Positions 14,007 to 22,844 of a stretch of 35,117 nt of DNA are shown here, piece after piece (position 1 is the first letter of the stretch; every line of letters starts with the position of its first letter). Below the pieces are notes generated by a model. It did not search any database. It saw only the letters and a program-made list of their open reading frames with translations, and was not told where the DNA came from. This DNA is from Candidatus Doudnabacteria bacterium RIFCSPHIGHO2_02_FULL_46_11 (GTDB lineage: Bacteria > Patescibacteriota > Doudnabacteria > UBA920 > 2-02-FULL-46-11). The stretch is taken from the NCBI GenBank assembly GCA_001779955.1, contig MFES01000003.1:11348-46464 (forward strand), given 5' to 3'. Both the position numbers and the translations under genes were made by a program.

Positions 14007-15335
14007 TTAGCTCGGTAAAAAATTTTCTTCAACCTCTTTTATCGCCTCCTCAATACCGCTCTCCTCAACAAGTTGATCTAATCTGACCATAAATCCAGAG
14101 CCAAACGCTTTATTTAATCTTTCCCATAGCTCTTTCCACTTTGGAATCCTCTCGTCTCGCGGGACATCTGTTTTATAGTTCTCGAAGTAGGCTTCAACAA
14201 AGAGATTTTCGGGAATTTGTGCTTTTTCTGCCAACAGCCTAAATAATCTTATCTCTGAATTGTATGACATTGAGGCATTTGCGCCTAGCACCCTTTGCAT
14301 TAGATAATCGGTCAATGCCTCATTAAGCCAACGGAAACGAGGAGTATATTTCTCTGCAAGAGCTGGTGAATTCGGCTCCATAGGCACAAATCGCAAACCG
14401 ATTCTTTGATGGTTGGCATCTAGCATTTCAAATTCTCCAATCCTAATATCTTCAAAGGTCAGATTGCGGCCTACAATGGTTCTGCCAGACAAAGCGTGAA
14501 ATATCTCATGAACTATGTTTGATTTTAAATCACCCACGGTATATTCGGAAATTACTATTTCATTAGCCCAGATTCTGAATTCTCCGTTTATCTCTTCAAA
14601 AGCTGAAAGTAGCGGGTCTCGCATTTTAATCGATAAGCTATCAAGTCTGGGTAATACCTCTGGCTCTAAAGGAAGAACGCCCTTTTCTATGGCTTGACTG
14701 AGGTAAGCCCTAAGTTGAGGTACAAAAGTAGCTATAACTTTATTAAATTCTGCTGACTTTTTATTAAAAATATCCAGATGATTTCCTGCGATAGCAACCA
14801 ACGCCTCAAGTGATATGAGGGAGAAATTCTGGATAAATTCTCCGTATGCTTGTTCTTTATCATCCGAAGATACTATCTTCTCATTTTTAAGGATTAGAAG
14901 TAAGGCGGAGTTGGTAAAAATTTCTTCAAATAATTTTTTAACAAAAACTGACTTTGTTTGATCTTTCGATAAATCAGTAATAACATCTCGCATTTCTTGA
15001 ATATCTTCAGATAAGTAAATTTTATCGCTCTCGATAGATTTATCCAGCTCTTCCCGCTCTGCTCTGATTAGACTATAGGCAGGATTTCCCGCTTGAATTT
15101 GTTCTGCTATTGCTAACGAGGAATCTAACCGAGATACACGTTCAAATAAACGCCCGCCAAAAACTTCAAGGCCGTGCTGGTCTTTTAGTATTTCACTTGA
15201 TAGCTCCTGGCTTTCCTTATACTCCTGGGACGCTGCATCTACTTTCTTATAAGGCTCTTCTGGATTCACAGGGCCTCTAACAGGTCCTGAATCTAGATGT
15301 CCTAAAATATGGCTTGGTTCATTTAATCGTCGCAT
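14007..15335 (-). CDS. hypothetical protein with HExxH (putative gluzincin-type zinc metallopeptidase), 442 aa
   Basis: VHEIFHAL at nt 14496-14510 and a possible third ligand in WLNEALTDY about 60 aa downstream. ATG start with its own promoter-like element. No family recognised. Confidence 0.75.
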   Translation of the reverse strand: MRRLNEPSHILGHLDSGPVRGPVNPEEPYKKVDAASQEYKESQELSSEILKDQHGLEVFGGRLFERVSRLDSSLAIAEQIQAGNPAYSLIRAEREELDKSIESDKIYLSEDIQEMRDVITDLSKDQTKSVFVKKLFEEIFTNSALLLILKNEKIVSSDDKEQAYGEFIQNFSLISLEALVAIAGNHLDIFNKKSAEFNKVIATFVPQLRAYLSQAIEKGVLPLEPEVLPRLDSLSIKMRDPLLSAFEEINGEFRIWANEIVISEYTVGDLKSNIVHEIFHALSGRTIVGRNLTFEDIRIGEFEMLDANHQRIGLRFVPMEPNSPALAEKYTPRFRWLNEALTDYLMQRVLGANASMSYNSEIRLFRLLAEKAQIPENLFVEAYFENYKTDVPRDERIPKWKELWERLNKAFGSGFMVRLDQLVEESGIEEAIKEVEENFLPS

Positions 15336-15361
15336 ATAATTTATTCGGCCTAGGCTGGCTC

Positions 15362-15390
15362 AGTGTATGGTTGAGCCTGCCCTTTGACAA
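15362..15390 (-). promoter_or_regulatory. sigma70-like promoter for the HExxH gene
   Basis: Minus strand reads TTGTCA, a 17-nt spacer, then TACACT, about 26 nt upstream of the ATG at 15335. Confidence 0.4.
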
Positions 15391-15513
15391 AAGCGTCTCG
15401 CAGGGCTCGGCTGCTTGGTTTAAAGCAAAGCTTTAAAGCCGAGACCGAGAGAGAAGCAAAGTTTTCCGCTGGAGAAAACTTATGCTGTCTTTTGGAAAAG
15501 GTGCAGGCGAAAC

Positions 15514-17058
15514 CTATCGAGCGTATTCAATAACCCGTTTTTCCCGAATAACATTTACTTTGACCTCCCCCGGATACTTCATCTCATTCTCAATGCGGTT
15601 GGCTATGTCGCGCGCCATTTTGGTCGCGGCCCAGTCATCCACTTTATCCGGCACGACAAACACCCGTACTTCGCGGCCGGCCTGAACGGCATAGGTTTTC
15701 TCAACGCCTTCAAAGCTCTTGGCGATATTTTCAAGATCTTCCAAACGCTTAACGTAATTCTCAAAAGATTCACGCCGCGCGCCCGGGCGCGAACTCGAAA
15801 TCGCGTCAGCCACGTCAACAATTGCCGCTTCAACCGACAAGTGCTCTGATTTATGCTGTCCCACGTCAGTGTCGTAATGGTGGGACTCAATGGCGTTTAT
15901 AACGCGCGGATCCAAATTGAATTTCTCCGCAATTCTCCTGCCGATCTCAACATGCGTGCCTTCAATTTCCTGATCAATGGCCTTGCCGATGTCGTGCAAT
16001 AATGCGCCCTGTTTCGTGATATTTACGTCGGCACCCAGTTCCTCGGCCATTATCGTGGCAATCTTAGCCATTTCAACCGAATGCTGAAGAATGTTTTGCC
16101 CGTAAGAAGTGCGGAACTTCAAGCGTCCGACAAGCTGAATAAGCTTTGGCGGGAAATTAATGATACCCAGTTCCTGGACCGCTTCCTCGCCGGCCTCGCG
16201 GATCATTTCGGCTACCTCGTGCTTGGTTTTTTCATAAAGCTCCTCGATGCGGGCCGGGTGTATGCGTCCGTCTTTGAGTAATTTTTCCAAAGTCAGCTTA
16301 GCCACGTGGCGCCTTAAGGAATTAAAGCCGGAAATTAAAACGGTGTCCGGCGTGTCATCAACAATAATTTCAACGCCCATCAACTGCTCAAAAGCCTTGA
16401 TGTTTCGGCCTTCCTTGCCGATAATCCTGCCTTTCATTTCTTCACTTGGCAGTTGAATGGAGGTGGTGGTCATTTCCGCAGTAACGTCAGCCGCGACTCG
16501 CTCCATGGCCTGGGTGATTAAATCGCGAGCCTTTTTATCGGCGTCCTCGCGGGCCTGGACAATTAATTTTCGGGAAAGCCCGGTTAGTTCTTCCCGAACT
16601 TTTTGTTCAGTATTTTCCAAAAGGATATTTCTCGCTTCTTCTCTCGAAAGCGCTGCCACTTTTTCCAATTTTTCAACCTGCTCCTGTTTGAGACCTTCTA
16701 TTTCCTGGCGCGTCTGATCTAAAATTTTATTTTTTTCTTCCAGGGCTTGCTTCTCTCTCTCCAGACGATCCAACTTTTGATCAAGTTCCCCTTCGCGATT
16801 CTCGATGCGTGTTTGAGAACGCAAAATCTGCTGGCGGAATTCGGCCTCCTCTTTTTTAGCCGCCTCGGTAATAGCCAGAGCTCTTCCCTTAGCCTCAAGG
16901 ATTAATTCCTTTTCTTTGGAAGAAGCGTCCTCAAGCATCCTCTGTGCCTTGTTTTCGGCGCTGTTTATTTTGGTCGCAACCTGAATTCTCCTAATAAAAT
17001 AACCAGCAATTCCGCCAAGGATTACAGCTGGTATCAGAAATAATAAATCCGAACTCAT
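15514..17058 (-). CDS. rny: ribonuclease Y
   Basis: N-terminal TM helix, coiled coil, KH (GRIIGKEGRNIKAFE) and HD domain (LLHDIGKA). Confidence 0.95.
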   Translation of the reverse strand: MSSDLLFLIPAVILGGIAGYFIRRIQVATKINSAENKAQRMLEDASSKEKELILEAKGRALAITEAAKKEEAEFRQQILRSQTRIENREGELDQKLDRLEREKQALEEKNKILDQTRQEIEGLKQEQVEKLEKVAALSREEARNILLENTEQKVREELTGLSRKLIVQAREDADKKARDLITQAMERVAADVTAEMTTTSIQLPSEEMKGRIIGKEGRNIKAFEQLMGVEIIVDDTPDTVLISGFNSLRRHVAKLTLEKLLKDGRIHPARIEELYEKTKHEVAEMIREAGEEAVQELGIINFPPKLIQLVGRLKFRTSYGQNILQHSVEMAKIATIMAEELGADVNITKQGALLHDIGKAIDQEIEGTHVEIGRRIAEKFNLDPRVINAIESHHYDTDVGQHKSEHLSVEAAIVDVADAISSSRPGARRESFENYVKRLEDLENIAKSFEGVEKTYAVQAGREVRVFVVPDKVDDWAATKMARDIANRIENEMKYPGEVKVNVIREKRVIEYAR

Positions 17059-17290
17059 AGACTAATTTCGAGTCTTTCGAGTTCGGAACTGCTAAGGTAT
17101 TGAATTTACGCGTAAAAACGCCCTATTTTAAGATATTAGGATACGTTTATATTTTTGGAATTTACAGAATTTACAAGCGAAAAGCTGTAATTTACCGGCA
17201 AACTGATCATAAAAGCGTTAAATTCAAGGAAACTCTGGCGTTCCGGGCTCGAAGATTTTCGATACTAAAAAATTAAATTAACTAATCTCA

Positions 17291-17320
17291 CTATAAAACT
17301 TGAGACCCTGTTTTGTCAAC
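17291..17320 (-). promoter_or_regulatory. candidate promoter upstream of rny (long 5' leader)
   Basis: Minus strand reads TTGACA, an 18-nt spacer, then TATAGT, just after an imperfect hairpin plus T-run that follows the DUF4105 stop. Confidence 0.35.
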
Positions 17321-17373
17321 CACGACCGCAAAAACAGGCCCGACCTGAATCTACCCGGGTCTGACCTGTAGAA

Positions 17374-18177
17374 TTAATCTTCCCTTATCTTTACCGAGAA
17401 CTCCGGGTCATCGGCATATTGCAGGGCTTTATCAGTCACCAGATATTTAGCTTTAGCTTCAAGGAAAGGCAAGTCCGTATCGATTAAACCGAGGGAATAG
17501 GCTAGCTCGTCCGCTCGGGCAGGAAAAACATACTTCAAGCTGAAAGGCACCCGTTTGGGGGCAATTTTGTTGACGTGCTCAACAATATTATTACTGCAAT
17601 TGTTGGTTAAGGTGTTGTAAAACTCCGGCTTGTCTCTTAGCTGATTTGTTCTGCCGATCATATCGAGAAAAACCGATCTAATTTTTTCGGGTGTAGTTTT
17701 TACCGGATAAATATACACTCGATCTTTTCGATAGTTAGTCCTAAGCTTTACTACGTCCCGCTCATCAGCTATGACATACATCAATTCATATTGTTTGAAC
17801 AGGCCTTTAAACGGCGAATATTTTTCTCCCTTTTCTTTTCTAATTTCGATTGAGATACTAACGAATTGATTGCCGGAAAATTCGAAGCTTAAAAAGGTGT
17901 GGCCGGCATATTGACTGTCCCCGAACGGCTCGACAATGAAATAGACTTTTTCAAGTTTTGACAGGTCAAAAGTTTTATCGTAATAGGCTGGAATATAATC
18001 GTCGGCCGAAGTGTAAGTAAAATTACGGATATTATGAATACTCGCTAAATCCCCGTTTATCTCCGCATACGGCAAAACCGCCTGATCAGTATTCCAGTCC
18101 CGATCGTTAGAAGGCTTCTTAAACAAAAATCCAACCATAACAAGCAACGCCGCTAATACTAAAATCTTAAGATACAT
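17374..18177 (-). CDS. DUF4105 (Lnb N-terminal domain-like) protein with N-terminal anchor
   Basis: SNDRDWNTDQAVLPYAEINGDLASIHNIRNFTY, GHTFLSFEF, SIEIRKEKGEKYSPFKG, YELMYVIADERD, FYNTLTNNCSNN. Confidence 0.8.
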   Translation of the reverse strand: MYLKILVLAALLVMVGFLFKKPSNDRDWNTDQAVLPYAEINGDLASIHNIRNFTYTSADDYIPAYYDKTFDLSKLEKVYFIVEPFGDSQYAGHTFLSFEFSGNQFVSISIEIRKEKGEKYSPFKGLFKQYELMYVIADERDVVKLRTNYRKDRVYIYPVKTTPEKIRSVFLDMIGRTNQLRDKPEFYNTLTNNCSNNIVEHVNKIAPKRVPFSLKYVFPARADELAYSLGLIDTDLPFLEAKAKYLVTDKALQYADDPEFSVKIRED

Positions 18178-18191
18178 ATTTTCAGTATAGC

Positions 18192-18215
18192 AAAAACGGC
18201 CTTGCGGCCGTTTTT
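18192..18215. terminator. bidirectional intrinsic terminator after the surface-protein gene
   Basis: AAAAACGGCC-TTGC-GGCCGTTTTT. Confidence 0.7.
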
Positions 18216-18222
18216 CAAATAA

Positions 18223-20139
18223 TTATTTTTTTACTTCCATTGTCGGCCCTAGCGGTAAGGCAAGATCGTGCTGATTGGCAGGTACAAGATCTTCCCACTT
18301 ATTACCCCAGGAAAGAAAGACTTCGGGTGTGGGGTGAGGATAACGTATATCTTTGCCGATATAGTAAACCGTGCCGTTATCAACTACCACCGAACCGCGC
18401 GGATGTCGCTCATTAGTATTAGTCAAAGCTGATCCCGTGCCCATGAAGGAGACATCCGCGGAAATGGCATTTGAAAACTTATAGCCAAAACCAAGAAAAG
18501 TCGAGGCTAGATTGAAGGGACGTTTGTAACCTTCATCAATATAGTAAATAGTGCCTCGATCATTAACCAAAGCCCCATCCTTAGGTGTAACTTTCTCGCC
18601 TACCATTAAGGCGCGGTCCGTCTCGGTCGCTGGCCTAACCTTATCAAAACTATAACCGCGTGATTTAAATATACCTGCGGAGTTAAAGGGCTTGCGCAAA
18701 TTATATTCTATTTTATATATTGTGCCGTTATCATTAATCAAATCCCCTTCTTTAGGCTGGACTTCGGGATTGGTGCTTTTGCCAAAAATTGTACTAAAAA
18801 CTTTAACCTCGATCGATTTACTGGATGACTTACCCAAAGAATCTGTCGCGGTGACAGTAACAATGTATGTTCCGGGGGTTTGCCAACTATGATAAATCGA
18901 ATATCCGCTCTCTATTGCTTTGCTCGCCTTGGGCGACCCATCTCCCCAATCATACGTGTAATTGATGTAATAACCAGGATTGGAAGCAGAGGATTTACCA
19001 TAAGCTATTGCATTATATAAATTACTCTGGCCCATGTTTACACTGGTCGGACCTGTAATAACAGGCTCACTTAAGGTGTAAGCGGTGCTGGCCTCTTTTA
19101 CCTTAAGGGTTAAATAACCTGCATAGCCGACCGTATCGCAAACGTTCGTCGCTGAAGTACCAATACAACCCGGATCTCTAATTACAACATAGATATTGTA
19201 AGTTCCGCCTTGAGTAGGTGTACCGATCAAAGTAAATCTGCCTTCACCTGTACCAGGAGTAAGAAGACCAGTAAGTATGCTTTTGCCGTCGCCGAAACCA
19301 ATACCCACCGGTAAAGATTGTAAAACAACATCTAACGCGCCTGGGCCGTAATAACGATAATCAAAATTGGCCAAATAATAATTACCAACCGTGGCATCGG
19401 GTAATGATGATGTCAGCGGCGTGATATTGTACTGCTGACTCGTATTCTCGTTAATTTTTATTGTGTAATATTTCGTATAAAGAAGATGACCTCCGTCTTC
19501 AAAAGTTAAACTCACCGAATAAGTGCCCGCTTGAGTAGGAGTTCCGGTTAAATATATTGCGCCGCCATACAAAATTCCTATGACTGAGCTTGGACTGCTG
19601 GCACCGCCAGTTGTAAGACCGGGAGGCAAGCCATAAAAATAAGCATTAAGAGCAATGCTTCCATTATATGCAAAATTAATTGGCGCCGAATAATATGTAC
19701 CGACTTTACCATCAGGCAAAGATTGGGTACTAATATCTACACTCGCTGGAACTCCGACAATAAAATTAAACCATTTGGTCACCTGATTTGTACCAGGACC
19801 TTCTTCTAAAGTTAAAGAAATATTATAGCTCCCCGCCTGGGTTGGCGTACCTCTTATACTTACATATTTCTGTATGCCGGGAAGTATGCCTATGGTTGTG
19901 TTAGGGCTGCTAGCGCTCCCAGTAGTAATGCCGGCGGGTAAACCAGTAAAATAAGCGTTTAAAGCATATTGGCCCTCATAGGTAAAAGTTATGTCGGTCG
20001 AATAATACTGTCCGGCCATGGCATTAGGGAGATATGTGGGAGAAATAGAGATAGCTCCGGCAGCCTGAGCGGGTTTAATAAAAATAAAACCGCTAAACAT
20101 CAGTGCGGCAATAAGCAGTTGCGAAATTAACTTTTTCAT
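18223..20139 (-). CDS. secreted repeat protein: signal peptide, 3 putative-Ig (He_PIG-like) repeats, a PKD-like domain and 3 C-terminal ~50-aa repeats
   Basis: Signal peptide MKKLISQLLIAALMFSGFIFIKPAQA. Three copies of ..GxYYS..I.F.Y.G..ALNAYF.GLP.G.TTG.ASSP...IGIL....Y..GTPTQAG.Y..SLT.E. PKD-like YDWGDGSP...GTYIVTVTATDSLG. Three copies of DNGT.YYI....R.P......F.S.GY. Confidence 0.85.
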   Translation of the reverse strand: MKKLISQLLIAALMFSGFIFIKPAQAAGAISISPTYLPNAMAGQYYSTDITFTYEGQYALNAYFTGLPAGITTGSASSPNTTIGILPGIQKYVSIRGTPTQAGSYNISLTLEEGPGTNQVTKWFNFIVGVPASVDISTQSLPDGKVGTYYSAPINFAYNGSIALNAYFYGLPPGLTTGGASSPSSVIGILYGGAIYLTGTPTQAGTYSVSLTFEDGGHLLYTKYYTIKINENTSQQYNITPLTSSLPDATVGNYYLANFDYRYYGPGALDVVLQSLPVGIGFGDGKSILTGLLTPGTGEGRFTLIGTPTQGGTYNIYVVIRDPGCIGTSATNVCDTVGYAGYLTLKVKEASTAYTLSEPVITGPTSVNMGQSNLYNAIAYGKSSASNPGYYINYTYDWGDGSPKASKAIESGYSIYHSWQTPGTYIVTVTATDSLGKSSSKSIEVKVFSTIFGKSTNPEVQPKEGDLINDNGTIYKIEYNLRKPFNSAGIFKSRGYSFDKVRPATETDRALMVGEKVTPKDGALVNDRGTIYYIDEGYKRPFNLASTFLGFGYKFSNAISADVSFMGTGSALTNTNERHPRGSVVVDNGTVYYIGKDIRYPHPTPEVFLSWGNKWEDLVPANQHDLALPLGPTMEVKK

Positions 20140-20170
20140 TATTTTAAGAAACCTTAATAATCCTATATAT

Positions 20171-20198
20171 ATTATAGCACTAGAACCCCCCCCGTCAA
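20171..20198 (-). promoter_or_regulatory. sigma70-like promoter of the surface-protein gene with a G8 (plus-strand C8) tract in the spacer
   Basis: Minus strand reads TTGACG, a 16-nt spacer that starts with seven more G, then TGCTATAAT. The C8 tract is at 20186-20193. Confidence 0.45.
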
Positions 20199-20214
20199 TG
20201 TCAAATCCCCGTGA

Positions 20215-20243
20215 TTGACACGAATATAACCGTTGTATATACT
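20215..20243 (+). promoter_or_regulatory. near-consensus sigma70 promoter of the toxin-antitoxin operon
   Basis: TTGACA (20215-20220), a 17-nt spacer, then TATACT (20238-20243). Confidence 0.55.
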
Positions 20244-20267
20244 TTAGTTATCATTAATATATTGACT

Positions 20268-20543
20268 ATGAAAACAGTTCTAAACGTAAAAACTGATGTT
20301 GAAGTGAAAAAGGAAGCGCAAAAAACCGCTAAAGAGTTAGGCGTGCCTTTAAGCATGGTGGTTAACGCCTACTTAAAGCAGTTTATTCGAGATAAAGAAC
20401 TTTCTATTTCCATAGCTCCAAGAATGACACCTGCCTTGGAGAGGATTATTGGTAGAGCCGAAAAAGACTTGCGAGCAAACCGAAACATCTCCCCCATTTT
20501 TTCCGACCCTGAAAAAATGGATGAATACTTAGGCTCATTATGA
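20268..20543 (+). CDS. type II antitoxin, RelB/DinJ family
   Basis: LNVKTDVEVKKEAQKTAKELGVPLSMVVNAYLKQFI ribbon-helix-helix pattern. ATG at 20268 chosen over the GTG at 20211. Overlaps the toxin start by 4 nt (ATGA). Confidence 0.8.
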   Translation: MKTVLNVKTDVEVKKEAQKTAKELGVPLSMVVNAYLKQFIRDKELSISIAPRMTPALERIIGRAEKDLRANRNISPIFSDPEKMDEYLGSL

Positions 20544-20800
20544 AGATAATTTTTCATAAAAACTTTGAGAAAAACTACGCGCGGCTGACCAGCGCTCAAA
20601 AAGAGAAATTTAAAAACCGGAAAAACATTTTCCTTAGCAACCAGTTTGACCCGATTTTACGAAACCATGCTCTTTCCGGTAGATATGAAGGATACCGAAG
20701 CATCAGCATTACCGGAGACCTGCGGGTAATATATATGTTGATTAATGAAACAACGGCTTTTTTCGTTGATATAGACAGCCACAGCAATCTTTACCGTTAA
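20540..20800 (+). CDS. type II toxin, YafQ/RelE-family mRNA interferase
   Basis: 86 aa. Pattern NHALSGRYEGYRSISITGDLRVIY....DIDSHSNLY is typical of YafQ/RelE toxins. Confidence 0.8.
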   Translation: MKIIFHKNFEKNYARLTSAQKEKFKNRKNIFLSNQFDPILRNHALSGRYEGYRSISITGDLRVIYMLINETTAFFVDIDSHSNLYR

Positions 20801-20834
20801 ATAACGCGTGCTGTTCTAAATCCTTTGCTGCATC

Positions 20835-20872
20835 TTATCACATTTTCCTCCGATCGGAGGTCGTTGTGATAA
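20835..20872. repeat. second intergenic copy of the TTATCACA..CCTCCGATCGGAGG..TGTGATAA palindromic element
   Basis: TTATCACATTTTCCTCCGATCGGAGGTCGTTGTGATAA. As at 8969-9008, it directly abuts an A-run and a terminator hairpin. Confidence 0.75.
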
Positions 20873-20873
20873 T

Positions 20874-20901
20874 AAAAAAGCCCGCTCATGCGGGCATTAA
20901 A
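20874..20901 (-). terminator. intrinsic terminator of rplS
   Basis: GCCCGC-TCAT-GCGGGC (20880-20895), followed on the minus strand by TTTTTT. Confidence 0.65.
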
Positions 20902-20909
20902 ATTCATAA

Positions 20910-21278
20910 CTATTTTGCGGTTTTATTCTTTCTCACTCTTGGCGCGGAACCGGCGCGCTCGCGCACATAATAGAGCTTGGCCTGCCTGACCGGCTGACTT
21001 TTTACCACTTCGATCTTTTCGATATTTGGGCTGTGCAAAGGGAAAATACGCTCTACGCCAACACCAGAAGCAATTTTTCGAACCATGAAAGTTCCGTTCA
21101 CGCCATGGCCATGTTTACGGGCAATAACCAAACCTTCAAAAATCTGTACACGCTCCCGCGTCTTGCCGGCATCACTCGTTTCCTTGATTCGCTGGTGAAC
21201 GCGAACAACGTCGCCCGGGGAAAAATCAGGTAAATCTTTTTTAAGTTTTTCAGAATTGATGCTTAAAATTCTCGGCAT
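20910..21278 (-). CDS. rplS: 50S ribosomal protein L19
   Basis: [16 protein letters not shown]....[16 protein letters not shown]-like core, [16 protein letters not shown]. Confidence 0.95.
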   Translation of the reverse strand: MPRILSINSEKLKKDLPDFSPGDVVRVHQRIKETSDAGKTRERVQIFEGLVIARKHGHGVNGTFMVRKIASGVGVERIFPLHSPNIEKIEVVKSQPVRQAKLYYVRERAGSAPRVRKNKTAK

Positions 21279-21313
21279 ATTGCAAATTCAAAATTTAAAA
21301 ATGAAATGTAAAA

Positions 21314-22243
21314 TTAACTTTCAATTTTCTGAAGGCTATTAAGAAAATCTTGCAGGTCGGCAGGCAATTCGCTCTCTAAATCGAGCATTGTTCCGTTTGG
21401 CAAACGAAAGGCCAACCGCTTGGCGTGAAGAAACTGCCTGGCTGGGCCCGCTTTCTTGGTTTTTTCATCTGCGCTGTAAAGGCTATCGCCTGCGACGGGG
21501 TGGCCAAGTGAAGCAAAGTGAACGCGTATCTGGTGCGTTCGGCCTGTATGCAATATTACACGAACTAAACTATAAAAGTCAATCCCGTCCGAATCCTCAA
21601 AATAACCAAGAACCCTATACTCGGTTTTGGCCGCCTTACCTTCTGCAGAAACCTCAACTCTCCTTCTTTCCGGCACGAGCCTAAGCGGTTTTTCAATCAC
21701 CCCGAACTTTGGCTCAAGCCTCCCAAAAACAAGCGTTTCATATTCTTTGGCAATCAGACGTTTTTCAAAAAGCGCCTTCCCGTATTCAAACGATTTTTCG
21801 TTCTTGGCAATAAGCATCAGCCCGGAGGTACCCTTATCCAATCTATGTATTATCCCCGGCCGAAACTCGTGGCCCAAGCCTTGTATTTGAGGATACTCTC
21901 CCAAAAGAGCATTAGCTAAGGTGCCAGTTGTAACATTGGCCCCGGGATGCACCACCAAACCCGCGGGCTTGTCTATAACCAAAAAGTCGTCGTCTTCGTA
22001 TATCTTCTTTAAGCTAATATTTTCAGCCTTTAGCTTAAACGGTTTAGTGTCAATTTCAATTTCAATGAGATTGCCCGCGGCCACGATAAAACTCGGATCA
22101 ATATTTTTTGGGCCGTTAACATAAACTTTCCCACCGAGAATTGCTCGCTTAACTTTTTCGCGCGAAACTTCGCTAATCTGCCCTTTTAAAAAAACATCCA
22201 GCCGCTGACCAGCCGCCTCTTTAGTAACTTCGAATTTAATCAT
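21314..22243 (-). CDS. rluD: RluA-family 23S rRNA pseudouridine synthase (RluD-like, with S4 domain)
   Basis: S4-like N-terminus (RLDVFL), catalytic HRLDKGTSGLMLIAKN, and TGRTHQIRVHFASLGHPVAGD. Confidence 0.9.
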   Translation of the reverse strand: MIKFEVTKEAAGQRLDVFLKGQISEVSREKVKRAILGGKVYVNGPKNIDPSFIVAAGNLIEIEIDTKPFKLKAENISLKKIYEDDDFLVIDKPAGLVVHPGANVTTGTLANALLGEYPQIQGLGHEFRPGIIHRLDKGTSGLMLIAKNEKSFEYGKALFEKRLIAKEYETLVFGRLEPKFGVIEKPLRLVPERRRVEVSAEGKAAKTEYRVLGYFEDSDGIDFYSLVRVILHTGRTHQIRVHFASLGHPVAGDSLYSADEKTKKAGPARQFLHAKRLAFRLPNGTMLDLESELPADLQDFLNSLQKIES

Positions 22244-22844
22244 CCCGCGAAATCCTTTCCGTCATATATCTGCCCTGGACTTTAACCAAAGATAAAACAG
22301 CAATCATAAGAACCAGGGCGGCCAGACCTAAAGCCCAACCAATTCTTTCTATGCGGTTGGCCCAGATTTCCCAAGCCGCTCCAGCGGCCAGACCTAAAAG
22401 TATAAGCAGACCGTTGTAAACCACGCCGGAAAAAAAGTTGTACGGTATAAAAACTCTCAAGGGCATTGATACGCTGCCGGCCAGTACCTGAGTTAGGGTG
22501 CCGATGCCTTGGGTAAATTTAATCATGACCAAAGTCTTGCGTCCGTGCTTGTTAAACAGCCATTCAACTTTCTTTATCAAAACTTCCGGCCAATGAAAAA
22601 CCCTTTGCAGCCGCTCAAACAGCTTCTTGCCGCCCAACCGGCCGACATAATAATAAAAAACGTCGGTGGCAATATCGGACAGGCTGCTTATGAGCCAGAT
22701 AACGTAACCGTTAAAAACGCCTACCCCGGCCAAAAAACCGCCGGCAATGGCGCCAACAGGACCGGCCAAGAGACATGCGGCCAAGATCGCCCAATAACCA
22801 TAGCTTTGTAAAAATATCAAAATGTTTTCTGGTAAAACCGACAT
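22236..22844 (-). CDS. DedA/VTT-domain family membrane protein (paralog 1)
   Basis: Multi-TM. About 55% identical by eye to the upstream paralog. FHWP..LIKKVEWLF.KHGRKT.VM.KF.QG. The start overlaps the paralog stop (TAATG), and the stop overlaps the rluD start by 8 nt. Confidence 0.75.
   Translation of the reverse strand: MSVLPENILIFLQSYGYWAILAACLLAGPVGAIAGGFLAGVGVFNGYVIWLISSLSDIATDVFYYYVGRLGGKKLFERLQRVFHWPEVLIKKVEWLFNKHGRKTLVMIKFTQGIGTLTQVLAGSVSMPLRVFIPYNFFSGVVYNGLLILLGLAAGAAWEIWANRIERIGWALGLAALVLMIAVLSLVKVQGRYMTERISRDD

Noticed and set aside
17059-17290. I looked for a structured ncRNA or tRNA-like fragment (TTCGAGCCCGG) in the 315-nt region upstream of rny.
   Set aside because: The T-loop-like string lacks flanking complementary stems and no cloverleaf can be drawn. 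I cannot support any RNA family by eye. It is most simply a long rny leader.
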